This document shows positions 12,279-25,070 of a DNA stretch of 64,000 nucleotides, one piece after another (position 1 is the first letter of the stretch; every line of letters starts with the position of its first letter). Source of the DNA: Octopus sinensis (taxonomy: Eukaryota); the NCBI RefSeq assembly GCF_006345805.1, contig NC_042999.1, forward strand, positions 27,962,001-28,026,000. The letters are read 5' to 3'. The translations under genes were made by a program, and so were the position numbers. The notes below the pieces were generated by a model, which was given only the letters and a program-made list of their open reading frames with translations, was not told the origin of the DNA and did no database searches.

Positions 12279-12688
12279 AGGCGCAGGAGTGGCTGTGTGG
12301 TAAGTAGCTTGCTAACCAACCACATGGTTCCGGGTTCAGTCCCACTGCATGGCATCTTGGGCAAGTGTCTTCTGCTATAGCCTCGGGCCGACCAATGCCT
12401 TGTGAGTGAATTTGGTAGACGGAAACTGAAAGAAGCCTGTCGTATATATGTATATATATATATATATATGTGTGTGTGTTTGTGTGTCTGTGTTTGTCCC
12501 CCTAGCATTGCTTGACAACCGATGCTGGTGTGTTTATGTCCCCGTTACTTAGTGTTTCGGCAAAAGAGACCGATAGAATAAGTACTGGGCTTACAAAGAA
12601 TAAATCCCGGGGTCCATTTGCTCGACTAAAGGCGGTGCTCCAGCATGGCCTCAGTCAAATGACTGAAACAAGTAAAAGAGTAAAAGAG
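12279..12688 (+). mobile_element. Family A SINE, full length, flanked by ~32-bp direct repeats
   Basis: Head AGGCGCAGGAG; repeats at 12243-12275 and 12688-12719. Confidence 0.85.
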
Positions 12689-13164
12689 AATATATAACAA
12701 ATGAAAGTGTAGTGAATGAAGACATATAAGATAGTGAATGTATAAGAACACTGGTATTCATTGTGAATGAGGATATTTTTTATGAGTTAAATTTAATCAA
12801 TGGGCAAGAGTCATCCATGACCCTCGTCTTTTGTTCCCACTTAACATAGACACAATTATGAAAACACCCACCATTCATCACTACAACTCTTTCTCACACA
12901 CTCTGTCACGTGGCCCCTATTATTTCAACTCTATTTCCTACCAATTTTATACTTGACATCACTTGTTTGCATAAAGAACTTCTTTATTTTACTTTCTCTT
13001 ATTGGAATCATTGAACATCAGACTAGAACCTGTAAGAACCTGTTAACTTATGTATGCCATTCATTACTCTTTCTTTCTCTCTTCCGCCCCTTTTGTATTT
13101 TTTTACACCCACCATATACACTCCCACATGCACAACTCTGTGTGTGTGTGTGTGTATGTATATA

Positions 13165-13209
<45 letters not shown>

Positions 13210-13273
13210 CACACACACACATACACACACACATATATATATTCATGTCTTTCATCATTTTATATTTGCATGT

Positions 13274-13307
<34 letters not shown>

Positions 13308-13447
13308 CCACAAATGCGGTGTTGAGCACTCATTTCATCATTCTACATTTACTATATATATAGATATATATATGTATGTATGTACATATGTATGTACATA
13401 CATATATATGTATGCATGTATATATGTATGTATGTATATATATATAT

Positions 13448-13830
13448 ATACTCTCTCTTTTACTCTCTTTTACTAGTTTCAGTCATTTGACTGCGGCCAT
13501 GCTGGAGCACCGCCTTTAATCGAACAACTCGACCCCAGGACTTATTCTTTTGTGAGCCCAGTACTTATTCTATCGGTCTCTTTTGCCGAACCACTAAGTA
13601 ACGGGGACATAAACACACCAGCATCGGTTGTCAAGCAATGCTAGGGGACAGACACAGACACACAAACACACACATGCACATATATATATATATACATATA
13701 TACCAAATCCACTCACAAGGCTTTGGTCGGCCCGGGGCTATAGTAGAAGACACTTGCCCAAGGTGCCACACAGTGGGACTGAACCCAGAACCATGTGGTT
13801 GGTAGACAAGCTACTTACCACACAGCCATG
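13448..13830 (-). mobile_element. Family A SINE with internal deletion
   Basis: Tail at 13448; the CGACAGGCTTC..GTCT segment is missing. Confidence 0.8.
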
Positions 13831-13889
<59 letters not shown>

Positions 13890-14123
13890 ATATATGGAGA
13901 GGAAAAGAGGGAGAGAGAGATAAATACATAGATAGATGCGTGTATATATGTGAATGGATTTGTATAAATATACTTGATAACATTATGTTTTTATGTGTTA
14001 CTGGCAATATGTAACCCAGTACAACCTGCTATATAATTGGGTTGACGGTGATTCAACTGACACACCCAACATGTGAGAAATATGAGGTGAGTTTCTTGAA
14101 ATGCACCCAAACAAACAATTACA

Positions 14124-14158
<35 letters not shown>

Positions 14159-14419
14159 AGACACACACATGCATACACTGTAGAAACCATAGAAAGAGTT
14201 GCCAAAAGGGGATGAATGTAGCACGAGGGCATTGACTATTTTACATTACATACTTGTTAGCCCTATACTGGTGACATATATTCAAGATCGTGAACATACG
14301 TGGTTATTCTAGAAACAGCTGTAGGAGGCTTTATCTGTTTATATTCTCTATGAAAATTAAATGTATTTCAAATGATGCTGAATGTCTTGCTTTTTCATTT
14401 TCTATTTTAATCTGTCTCG

Positions 14420-14530
14420 CCATCCATCCATCCATCCATCAATCCATCCATCCATCCATCCATCCATCCATCCATCCATCCATCCATCCATCCATCCATC
14501 CATCCATCCATCCATCCATCCATCCATCCA
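14420..14530. repeat. (CCAT)n microsatellite
   Basis: Direct reading. Confidence 0.95.
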
Positions 14531-14894
14531 ATTTTAAAACTTTTTTCTTTCTTTTTTTACGATCCCTTTTGATCAAAAACCTACCCTACTTTTTTTTATC
14601 CCCCAAAATAAAAGCTCTACCTTGTAATTTTTCCCGTCTGTGTGCAGCCCTGTGTGGCTAATAAAGAAACATATCTATCTATCTATCTATCTATTTATCT
14701 ATGCATGCATATATCTTTGCATGTTTGCATTTATAGTCACCTCAATATAATAAAATCCATGTTATTATTCATGTTGTGTCTATTTGCCATAAATTTGTGG
14801 TTCCAACAAATTGCTTGCAGTAAAATAAGAATCCCTTTGAAGATGGATCTCCAGCATGGTTGTAGTTCTATATTTGAAGTAAACCAGTGAAAGT

Positions 14895-15250
14895 CTATAT
14901 AGAAGAATTAAACTATTGGACCAGGCTGTGAAGTCAATGGAGAGAATCATAAGCACAATAGATTCGTGACAGGGTATACAAGATTAGGTGCAGTGCAGCT
15001 TCATATCTGAAAGATACATAACGGATGAAATCTTTCTACTGATGCTTCTGCACGAGAAGTACTCGGCTACAATTAAACCATTATTCCTGGTATTCATTGA
15101 CTTGGAGGTGTTTGACAGTGTACCATGTACAGTAATCTGGTGGTCATAAGTCATAATGGAAACTAGGTAGAGAGGAATGGCCTATGGGAATCGGAGAAGC
15201 TATGCACAAAAATACAGTAAGTAAAGTGAGAGCCAACAATACTTTCAGCT
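14895..15250 (+). pseudogene. Decayed RTE-clade LINE reverse transcriptase fragment
   Basis: Piecewise translation gives IKLLDQAVK.MERII ... EKYSATIKPLFLVFIDLE.FD.VP..VIWWS ... YKNTVSKVR, an RTE RT-domain pattern with frameshifts. Confidence 0.6.
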
Positions 15251-15399
15251 GCTTACCAACCACATGGTTCCGAGTTCAGTCCCACTGCATGGTACCTTGG
15301 ACAAGTGTCTTCTACTATAGCCTCAGGCCGACCAAAGCCTTGTGAATGGAATTGATAGATGGAAACTGAAAGAAGCCTGTCGTATGTATGTATATGTAT

Positions 15400-15433
<34 letters not shown>

Positions 15434-15663
15434 GAAAGTACCATGTAACTTCTATGGAGGCTGTAAATGCATAAAGTTAGATTCATAGTACTATCTAAAT
15501 GATTACAATGTTAGTATTAGTTTCACAGTAATTTAGAGGCCAAAATTCTAAAAGAAAGAAAGAGAGAGAGAGAGTGTGTCTACTGACAACTTTTCTGTCT
15601 TATAAGGGGAAAATACACAGTCTTTCTGCTGTTTTTATGGCTATACTGCATTCAAAATATTGC

Positions 15664-15739
15664 TATGTATATATATATATAATATATATATATATACATA
15701 TATACATATATATATATATAGATATATATATATATATAC

Positions 15740-15812
<73 letters not shown>

Positions 15813-15837
15813 TATATATATATATATATATAATATA

Positions 15838-15910
<73 letters not shown>
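15664..15910. repeat. Long (TA)n microsatellite
   Basis: Direct reading; similar tracts near 4190-4320, 13140-13440, 32810-32990 and 63110-63250. Confidence 0.95.
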
Positions 15911-15912
<2 letters not shown>

Positions 15913-16380
15913 CAGAGAGAGAGAGATCAGTAACTTGCACTCTACCTGTCTATTTCAATGTCTTTAATTGTTCACACCTCACTGCATATAATTTACAATA
16001 CACCATGACTCTTATGATATCTCACTTTTCTTACACTTCTCTTTCTTTCTCCCTTTCTTTCTCTTTCTCTTTCTCTTCTTGCTTTCTCTCTCTCTTCTTG
16101 CTTTCTCTCTCTCTACTTGCTTTCTCTCTCTTTCTCTTTCTGTGTTTTGTTCTACACCAGTAAACTATATCCCTTGGTCTGTTGAAAAGAGCAACCTAAA
16201 TACACACTTCACATGTACAAATGCACATGAAATGTACTGACCAAATATCACACATATGTACATTTACACATCTGTTCACACCTTTGCACTTATGACACTC
16301 TCCCACCTTTCTTTCATGTATCATACCCAACACTGCCTTATTACCTCCGCTATCACTGCATGACCACAATGACTCCACTG

Positions 16381-16677
16381 TTGTTGTTTGTTCCTTCTCG
16401 AGCAATGCCTGGTTCATAAGGGCTGGTTTTCCGGTTTCTTGGCATATAGGTTCCCCACCTGGACGGGACGCCGGTCCGTCGCAGGTGAGCTGCAAAACGC
16501 AGGAGTGAGAGAAAGTTGTGGCAAAAAAGTCAGCAGAAATTTCGCCATTACCTTCTGCTGGAGCTGCGTGGAGCTGAGGTGTTTTTGCTCATAAACACAC
16601 ACATCGCCCGGTCTGAGATTCGAACCCGTGATCCTTTGACCGCGAGTCCACTGCTCTAACCACTAGGCCATGTGCCT
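16381..16677 (-). mobile_element. tRNA-derived SINE with 17-bp TSD
   Basis: Minus strand TGGCCTAGTGGTTAGAGC (A box) and GGGTTCGAATCTC (B box); (CAA) tail; CCACAATGACTCCACTG at 16364-16380 and 16678-16694. Confidence 0.85.
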
Positions 16678-17046
16678 CCACAATGACTCCACTGCTACTA
16701 CCAACACTTGCACCATTACAACTCCCACTACAACCACCACAACCATTGCAACCACTACTGGCATTGCCACTTCTTTCACTACCACCTCTTCACTATCATC
16801 CACTACCATCTCTACTTTCTACTACTACTACTACTACTACTACTACCACATACTGTTGCTAAGTCACCACTATCTCCACCACTTGTATCATTATCACCAC
16901 TACTGTAATGCATTAATTAGAATTATAGAACTCAATTAAAATCTTGATGAGCAAGATTTCAATCAATGAGAGGTTGACCTCTTATCCCTATTGCCATCCC
17001 ACCCACTTTCAAACAGAGGTTGATAAGTGTGGAACAATATGTAGAA

Positions 17047-17499
17047 TTAACCCTTTCGTTACTGTATTTATTTTGAGATGATCTGTGATTCTCTCAATTA
17101 TTTTAGATGTAACAAAGAATTTAGTAAAATAACTTCCTTACCATTAACCCTTTCATTACTGTATTTATTTTGAGATGCTCTGTGTTTCTTTCAATCATTT
17201 TAAATATAACAAAGAATTCAGTAAATTAACTTCGTTATCATTAAGCTAGTGTTAGTAACATAAATTTTATCTAAGATTTGGTGGAAGATTTGAATTCAAA
17301 ACTTATGAAATCAGGACATTTATACTAAAGAGCCAGAGCCAGTTTCAGCCGGGTTGGTAACGAAAGGGTTAAGCTAGTGTTAGGAATATAAATTGTGACT
17401 AAAGTTTGGTGGGAAATTTTAATTCAAAACTTATGAAAACAAAACATTTGTACTCAGAGCCAGAGGCAGTTTTAGCTGGGTTGGTAACAAAAGGGTTAA
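17047..17499. mobile_element. piggyBac-type MITE (TTAA|CCCTTTCGTTAC...GTAACAAAAGGG|TTAA) containing a nested copy of itself
   Basis: Outer TTAA at 17047 and 17496; inner copy 17148-17368 flanked by TTAA at 17144 and 17369. Confidence 0.85.
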
Positions 17500-17658
17500 A
17501 CTTCTGTCTCCTCACCCTCATCTTCCTTCATTGTCATCATAAAACCAACATTGTGCTATATTAAAAAGAAATAAGAATATCACATAGATTCACACTAGTA
17601 GCACATTGTCTCTTTTCATGTATCACACAGTAAAAAAAAACAAAACAAAACAAAAATA

Positions 17659-18082
17659 TTTCCTGCTAATGACAATACCTTCACTATATGTTTCCTGCTA
17701 ATGTTACCACATACACTAAGGTGTTTCCTGCTGTCACAATACAGTCACATAAGTGTTTCCTGCTGGTGACAATATGCACATCGAAGTGTTTCCTGCTAAG
17801 GCCAAAACATTTACTAAGGTGTTTCAGGCAAATGACAAAACATTTACTACTTTGTTTCCTACTAATGACATGACATTTACTGCTTTGTTTCCTGCTAATG
17901 CCACTATATTTACTAATGTGTCTCCTGCTAATGGCTCCACATTCACTGAGGTATTTCACTACTGTTAATACTATATTCATCAAGGTGTTTCCTGCTAGTG
18001 AAGTACTGATGACACTGTAAATGGAACTACAGTTACTGCTTTGTCTCCTGCTAAAGACACTGTATTAACTAATGTATGTTCT
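17659..18082. repeat. Diverged 33-bp minisatellite (TTTCCTGCTAATG... units)
   Basis: About 12 units, mostly exactly 33 bp; resumes weakly after the SINE trimer near 18690. Confidence 0.8.
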
Positions 18083-18684
18083 TATTTCTTTACTACCCAG
18101 AAGGGGCTAAACACAGAGGGGACAAACAAGGACAGAAAAATGGATTAAGTCGATTACATCGACCCCAGTGCATAACTGGTACTTAATTTATCGACCCCGA
18201 AAGGATGAAAGGCAAAGTCGACCTCAGCGGAATTTGAACTCAGAACATAATGGCAGACGAAATACCTATTTCTATTTCTTTACTACCCAGAAGGGGCTAA
18301 ACACAGAGGGGACAAACAAAGACAGACAAACAGATTAAGTCGATTATATCGACCCCAGTGTGTAACTGGTACTTATTTAATCGACCCCGAAAGGATGAAA
18401 GGCAAAGTTGACCACGGTGGAATTTGAACTCAGAACGTAGCCGCAGACGAAAGACCTATTTCTTTACTACCCAGAAGGGACTGAACACAGAGGGGACAAA
18501 CAAGAACAGACAAACGGATTAAGTCGATAATATCGACCCCAGTGCGAAACTAATACTTATTTAATTGACCCTGAAAGGATGAAAGGCAAAGTCGACCTCG
18601 GCGGAATTTGAACTCAGACCATAATGGCAGATGAAATACCGCTTAGCATTTTGCCTGGCGTGCTAATGTTTCTGCCAGCTTCCC
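18083..18684 (-). mobile_element. Head-to-tail trimer of family B SINE
   Basis: Three copies of the GTCGACTTTGCCTTTCATCCTTTCGGGGTCGAT body with AAAGAAATA tails; junctions near 18266 and 18456. Confidence 0.85.
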
Positions 18685-19048
18685 ATCTATATTAATGTAT
18701 ATTCTGCTAGTGACCAAAGTATTTTCTGTTAATGTCTTCACAAGTACTTGATGCCTTTTGTGCTTTTCAGTTCAAGGGTTGCTGACTGTGACAAAGAGCT
18801 TTAGTGACCCTTCTAGACTGTTATTATTTGTTATATTTTCACACAGCTCATTGGCTTAGTCAGAGTTGGGGTGGCATTGCTCACAACTCATCACAGGCTG
18901 GTGGAGGGAGCGGAAAAGAGGAAATTATCAAAAGACAATATTGGTTTCAAATTTTGGCACAATGTCAGCGATTTCGTGGGATGGGGTAAATCAATTGCAT
19001 TGATTCCAATGTTCAAATGGTATTTATTCTAATGATTTATTTTAATAA

Positions 19049-19282
19049 GGCGGCGAGCTGGCAGAAACGTTAGCATGCCGGGTGAAATGCGTAGCCGTAT
19101 TTCGTCTGCCGTTACGTTCTGAGTTCAAATTCCACCGAGGTTGACTTTGCCTTTCAGCCTTACGGGGTCGATAAATTAAGTACCAGTTACACACTGGGAT
19201 CGATGTAATCGACTTAATCCATTTGTTTGTCTCCTTGTCTGTCCCCTCTGTGTTTAGCCCCTTGTGGGTAGTAAAGAAATAG
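19049..19282 (+). mobile_element. Family B SINE (GGCGGCGAGCTGGCAG head, GAGTTCAAATTCC B box)
   Basis: 18-bp near-perfect direct repeats GGTATTTATT(C/T)TAATGAT at 19019-19036 and 19282-19299. Confidence 0.85.
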
Positions 19283-19536
19283 GTATTTATTTTAATGATC
19301 CTAAAAGGGTGAAAAACAAAGTTGACCCCAGTAGCATTTGAGTGCAGAATGTAAAGTCAGAAGAAATATCCCTAAGCATTTGGTCTGACATGTTAACAAT
19401 TCTGCCAGCTCACCAACTTCAATGTTTGTGATATTAAAGTCACTCATAGACCAAATGGTGGTTTTAACCCTTTACTGTTTAGATTAATCTGCCAAATGCA
19501 ATGCTTATATGTTAACATTGTTCTGAATTAAAAAAG

Positions 19537-19857
19537 ACTCCGCCGGTTACGACGACGAGGGTCCCAGCTGATACGATCAACGGAACAGCTTGCTCGTGAA
19601 ATTAACGTGCAAATGGCTGAGCATTCCACAGACACGTGTACCCTTAACGTAGTTCTCGGGGATAATCAGCGTGACACAGAGAGTGACAAGGCTGACCCTT
19701 TGAAATACAAGTACAACTCATTTTTGCCAGCTGAGTGGACTGGAGCAATGTGAAATAAAGTGTCTTGCTCTAGGACACAATGCATCGCCGGGAATCGAAC
19801 TCACAACCTTACGATCATGAGCTGAATGCCCTAACCACTAAGCCACGCGCCCTCACA
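19537..19857 (-). mobile_element. tRNA-derived SINE (family D) with LINE-like 3' tail
   Basis: Minus strand TGGCTTAGTGGTTAGGGC and GAGTTCGATTCCC boxes, CTCCAGTCCACTCAGCTG body; relatives at ~22060-22540 and 25456-25710. Confidence 0.8.
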
Positions 19858-19910
19858 TTGTTCTGAATTAATCACGCATCATCTAACAGCTTTGGGATTT
19901 TGTTGATCCT

Positions 19911-20232
19911 CATCATCATCATCATCATCGTTTAACGTGTGCTTTCCATGCTAGCATGGGTTAGATGATTTGACTGCAGACTGGCGAACCAGATGGCTGC
20001 ACCAGGCTCCAATCTTGATCTGGTAGAGTTTCTACAGCTGGATGCCCTTCCTAATGCCAACCACTCCGAAAGTGTAGTGGGTGCTTTTATGTGCCACCAG
20101 CACGGGGGCCAGTCAGGCGGTACTGGCAACAGCCACGGAAAAATCGTGTTTTTTTCTTTTACGTGTCACCTGCACACTGGCACAAGTGCCAGTTAGGCGA
20201 TGCTGGTAATGATCACGCTTGAATGGTGCTTA
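19911..20232 (-). mobile_element. Family C element
   Basis: (CAT)n tail at 19911, GGATGCCCTTCC core, repeated GTGCCAC modules. Confidence 0.75.
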
Positions 20233-21562
20233 TTTTTAGAATTACATTATAGAGTAGGTGCAAGAGATAGACCTGGCTAGTTTGAATATAAAACAAATAG
20301 AATGTTTGGCCAAGTATGACTGGTTAAAATGCTAAAAAGTTAAGCCAGTCAGTGTGGTGGATAATTGGCTTAAATTTTTGTAGGATAATGTTCAGAATCT
20401 GAGGGAACTGATCATCTTTGATGATCAGCTGTAATTGCCAAATAGAGGATTTATAGGGAACTAATGATGGTTTGTCAGGGACATCAATAATTAGAAAATA
20501 GGAAAGATTATGGAAGAATTTATCTGAGATGAAGAGCAAGGGTCTGAAAACATCAGATTAATCATTTGTCACTGTAATTGAATTTATTACCTCTTCCATC
20601 AAACCATATATTGAATTTTGAAGGTTGTTGTTTATCCTATAGTCAGCCCAAATTCAACAGAACCACAATCAAAAGCAGTCCAACCATGACCATTCCAAAC
20701 GTATTGCAGTTGGGACTATATTATTTAATATGTTCCTTTTTAAGACACTCTGGTGTGATTTTAGGAAGATTTAGCTGCTATTGCTCACACAGCAAATGAA
20801 TCATATTAAGATTCTTACATTGGCTTATATTGTCACCCTGACCATTTGGCTGGGTAGGTTGACAAAGTTAATAGAGGGTTGAATATTAGAAGGGTGTAGT
20901 TTTTCAACTATAGATCAGCTCTGACTGAAGAAACCTATGATAGCAACCATCCTGTTCTTACTGGTATATCTAGAGTTATGTTATTCAATGCATCTTTTTC
21001 TCTTTCCAGCATGTTAGGGTGTAAATTAAAGTAGATTTGGCTACTATTTCTAGCAATTTGAGCACAATGTAGAGGCTGCCTGATTATGTATATAGAAAAA
21101 GAGATTCTGTACTGGATTTATAATTGATGGTTGAGGTTCGTAAAATGATGAACTTCTTTATACGCAGTAATATACATAGATGCACCACACCCATACATAT
21201 ATGAAAACTATAATGTCATGCTTTTGATTAAATAAACAGCTCCCAAAGAACTCCTTTTGGGAATCCAAAGTGTTATTATAGTTAAAATAACATTAATGAG
21301 GACTTCATTGTTTGTCCAACCTAAGTTACATTTCTAAAAACTGCGAGACTTTTTGTTGTGTGGTTGTTGCTGTTTAACAACTCCGCCCCACAAGTCACTT
21401 CTAACCCAGCAGAACTATGATTAAAGGCATTTCAGTCCTTACCATATATTTTTAAGGGTATTTATGACCACATTATCTAAAATCCCTTTACTTAACACAA
21501 TATTGTTATGTTTGATTTGAGGGAGATTTGGCAGCTATTTCTAGCTGGTCAGTTGATCATCC

Positions 21563-21893
21563 GGAACTTTTCGGTTTGAACGGCAGCTTTTAACATAATT
21601 TCTAGGTAACTAAAAAATTTTTAACTTCTTGGCTTTATTGAGAAAATTCTATAGTTTGTAAGATATTTGTTGCTTTTTTTCTTCAATTTCTGTAATTTCA
21701 ACCAATCACTGACGTCCATTGAGGTAAAAAACATTCTGTGCCATATGAATATGTCCCTCGTTTAAGAAACAGATTGGATTTATTTAAATTTGTGAAGAAA
21801 AAAGATACCCTTCCCACCACCCCTAACCCTAACCTTAACTAACCCTGACTAACCCTAACCCTTAAACAGATTGAAATGCAATAGATCGATACT
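21563..21893. mobile_element. Family G MITE, truncated
   Basis: Left TIR GGAACTTTTCGGTTTGAACGGCAG and (CCCTAA)n present; right TIR absent. Confidence 0.75.
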
Positions 21894-23647
21894 CAGTATA
21901 TAGAGACGGACAAAATGCCATTTTGCCATGTGTAGTAATGATTCTGCCAGCTTGCTGCATTAGTTTGATCTAATATTGGTACCAATTTTTTCTTAGATTT
22001 TCTATGATATTTCCCAATAATTAGTGGATTTTCTATCATTCCTATTGATGAGCATTTGGTTGTTTCACTCACTGAATTGGTACTTGTGAAGGTAACATTT
22101 AAGTGATTGAGTATTCCACAGATACATGTACCCTTCATGCAATTTTCAAATGGAATCAATGTGAAACACCAAATAACAGATCAGTGTTTCAGTGCTTAGC
22201 TTCTTCTTAGTTTTGTCACGAGCCTACACACTTATTAGGAAGTAGCTTATCACAGTTTCTATGGCTTATAAGCAATCAAGAGTTCAATACCCGCTATCCC
22301 CTACATGATTGGTGGATAGTGTTTATTGCAGGGTTAATCCCCACCTGTTACAGATACTCATTTTTCAGCAGAGTGTACTGAGTACCATGAAGTGAAGTGT
22401 TTGGTTCAAGAGTACAACATGTCTTTTGTGGAGTGCTCAGCCACTTGTATCTTGATTTTACAAGCAGGCTGCTCTGTTGATCGGATTAATGGAACCTTCA
22501 TCACCCTAACTGACAGAATGTCTGTTTTTCCTTCATTGTTTCTGTTTTTGGATGTTATTTCCGTCTACAGCTGTGTGGAGCCCCTTTCTTGATCTGATTA
22601 TCTACAGAGGAATTTTTGAAATTATGACTTTATGAGCACGAGTCCCAACACTCTAACTGCTATGTCATACCTTATAGATAGCTACAATTTCCTTTAATAC
22701 ACTACGAATAGTCTTGCATTCTTTTGAGAAAACAATTATTTTATTACATTTATATATGACAAAAGAGGATCCCCATAAACTGGTTACAATATAAACAAAA
22801 CTGAAAATATAATGAAATAAAATACACAGATAAATAAACAAATGGAAGTAAATAACTATATACATTAAAAAAAAATTCTTTTTAATTTTTAAATTTTTAA
22901 TTTTTATTTTTCTATTATTATTATTACTAATATTGTTGTTATACATACATACATGCAAGCATACGTAATAATAATAATAATGATAATGATAATAATAATG
23001 ATGATAATAATAATAATAAGTGGGTGTAAACACATGACCAAAATAAGAATAAAAAAAAACAAAAACAAATTACACGAACGTATATAAACAGAAGATAAAA
23101 ATATTACAGGCATCCCCCCCACACACACTAACTAAACATAGACGCACATAGAGATATACTCATGCGCAAATGAAGACACATACAACAGAAATACAAAATG
23201 GCAGACGGTTAGTAAGGAGAGACACACAAATAAGAAAGAAGAAAGCAAAGGACCACTGATGTGGTCACAGGAGTGTGACAAAAGAACTCTGGCCGAAATA
23301 AGATTAAGATTAATGTAAAAAATAAATAACACTGAAGCAAAGTAACACCAAATATATTGTGCATGTGTTTTTATTGGTTAAACTGGCGAAATGACCATTC
23401 CTTAATACAACAATAATTATTTTATATTTAGGCAAAACGCTAGCAATATTGCAGCAAATGAGGGCTTGTTAATACTAATGACTAGTATTTTGTTACATCT
23501 ATCACTGGGGGATAAAAGACCAAGATGATATTAGCCAGATTTGAAATCAGGATGTAAAAAGCTGGAAAAAATGTGGCAAAGAATTTCGTTTGATACTCTA
23601 ATAATTTTGCCAGTACCCTACCTTAATTCTATCGAATTTATAGTGAA

Positions 23648-24042
23648 CTAGCAGTATCGCCCGGCGTTGCTCGGGTTTGTAAGGGAAATAACTATATAAG
23701 CATTTTTAGAGAGGTAAAGTATAATAGCCATCTCAATATGGCTAACCACAAAGGGGGGGTGTTACTGTAGCTTTTTACGTTCTGAGATTTAATAATAAAT
23801 TTTTAGAGAGTTACTTCCCTTATATATGCCAAAAATGCATTAAAAATGGGAAAAATTGATGGTAATTTTTTTTTAAATCGTAGACCCATTGTAGACGCGC
23901 GCTAATACCCAGAAGGGCTTGATATGAATCACAACTATAAGATACCCGGTTTTGGTTAAACTGCACCGCAAAATGTGGGAGTAGTTAGGAATCTAAATCG
24001 TAAGAGACAGACAGCACACAACCTCACTTTTATATATAAAGA
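23648..24042 (-). mobile_element. Non-autonomous Helitron, same family as 7117-7411
   Basis: Minus strand TCTTTATATATAAAA start, CCCGAGCAACGCCGGG hairpin and CTAG end. Confidence 0.85.
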
Positions 24043-24077
24043 CATTGACCAGTAAACACTTTACCACAGATCAAACA

Positions 24078-24540
24078 TCTTTACTCTTTTACTTGTTTCA
24101 GTCATTTGACTGTGGCCATGCTGGAGCACCACATTCAGTCGAGCAAATCGAACCCAGGACTTATTCTTTGTAAGCCCAGTACTTATTCTATCAGTCTCTT
24201 TTGCCGAAACGCTAAGTTCCAGGGATGTAAACACACCAGCATCGGTTGTCAACTTATGTTGGGGGGATAAACACAGACACACAAACATACACACACACAC
24301 ACACATACACATATATATATACACACACACGCACACATACACATATATATATATATACACACACACACATATATATAACGGGCTTCTTTCAGTTTCCGTC
24401 TACCAAATCCACTCATAAGGTTTTGGTTGACCCAAGGCTATAGTGGAAGACACCTGCCCAAGGTGCCACGCAGTGGGACTGAACCTGGAACCATGTGTCT
24501 CATAAGCAAGCTACTTACCACACAGCCACTCCTATGCCTA
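24078..24540 (-). mobile_element. Family A SINE
   Basis: Full head, body and tail with some CpG decay. Confidence 0.8.
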
Positions 24541-24841
24541 TGGTAAAATTTTGCTCAGACTTTATAATTCAGCTACATGACAATAAAAAATGACAAATAA
24601 TTATAAGACAAGATACAAAATAACATGAAAAGCTACAGATGCGAAAGAGAATCGGGTAGAATCATTAGCACGTGGAGCACAATGCTTAGTGGCATTTTGT
24701 CTGTCGTTAAGTTCTCAGTTCAAATACTTCCAAGGTTGACTTTGCGTTTGATCGTTTTGGGGTCGTTAAAATAAGTTCTAGTTGAGCACTGAAGTCAATG
24801 TAATCAACTTGTCCCCAACCCCGAAACTGCTGGTATTGTGC

Positions 24842-25070
24842 GGCAAGCTGGCAGAATCGTTAGCACGCCAGGCGAAATGCTTAGCGATATTTCGTCTGCT
24901 GTTACGTTGTGAGTTCAAATTCCGCCGATGTCGACTTTACCTTTCATCCTTTCGGGGTTGATACATTAAGTACCAGTTACGCATTGGGGTCGATGTAATC
25001 GACTTAATCCGTTTGTCTATCCTTGTTTGTCCCCTCTGTGTTTAGCCCCTTGTGGGTAGTAAAGAAATAG
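24842..25070 (+). mobile_element. Family B SINE with 10-bp TSD
   Basis: GGTATTGTGC at 24832-24841 and 25070-25079. Confidence 0.85.

Noticed and set aside
16560-16677. tRNA gene candidates in SINE heads (also ~19780-19857 and 25456-25530)
   Set aside because: A and B boxes are present but there is no complete cloverleaf, and they continue into SINE bodies.
17659-18684. CRISPR-like appearance of regularly spaced repeats
   Set aside because: Eukaryotic context, degenerate contiguous units with no unique spacers and no cas genes.
20340-20530. Possible Gypsy integrase remnant
   Set aside because: Only a vague TNxGL-like piece among stops; not supportable by eye.
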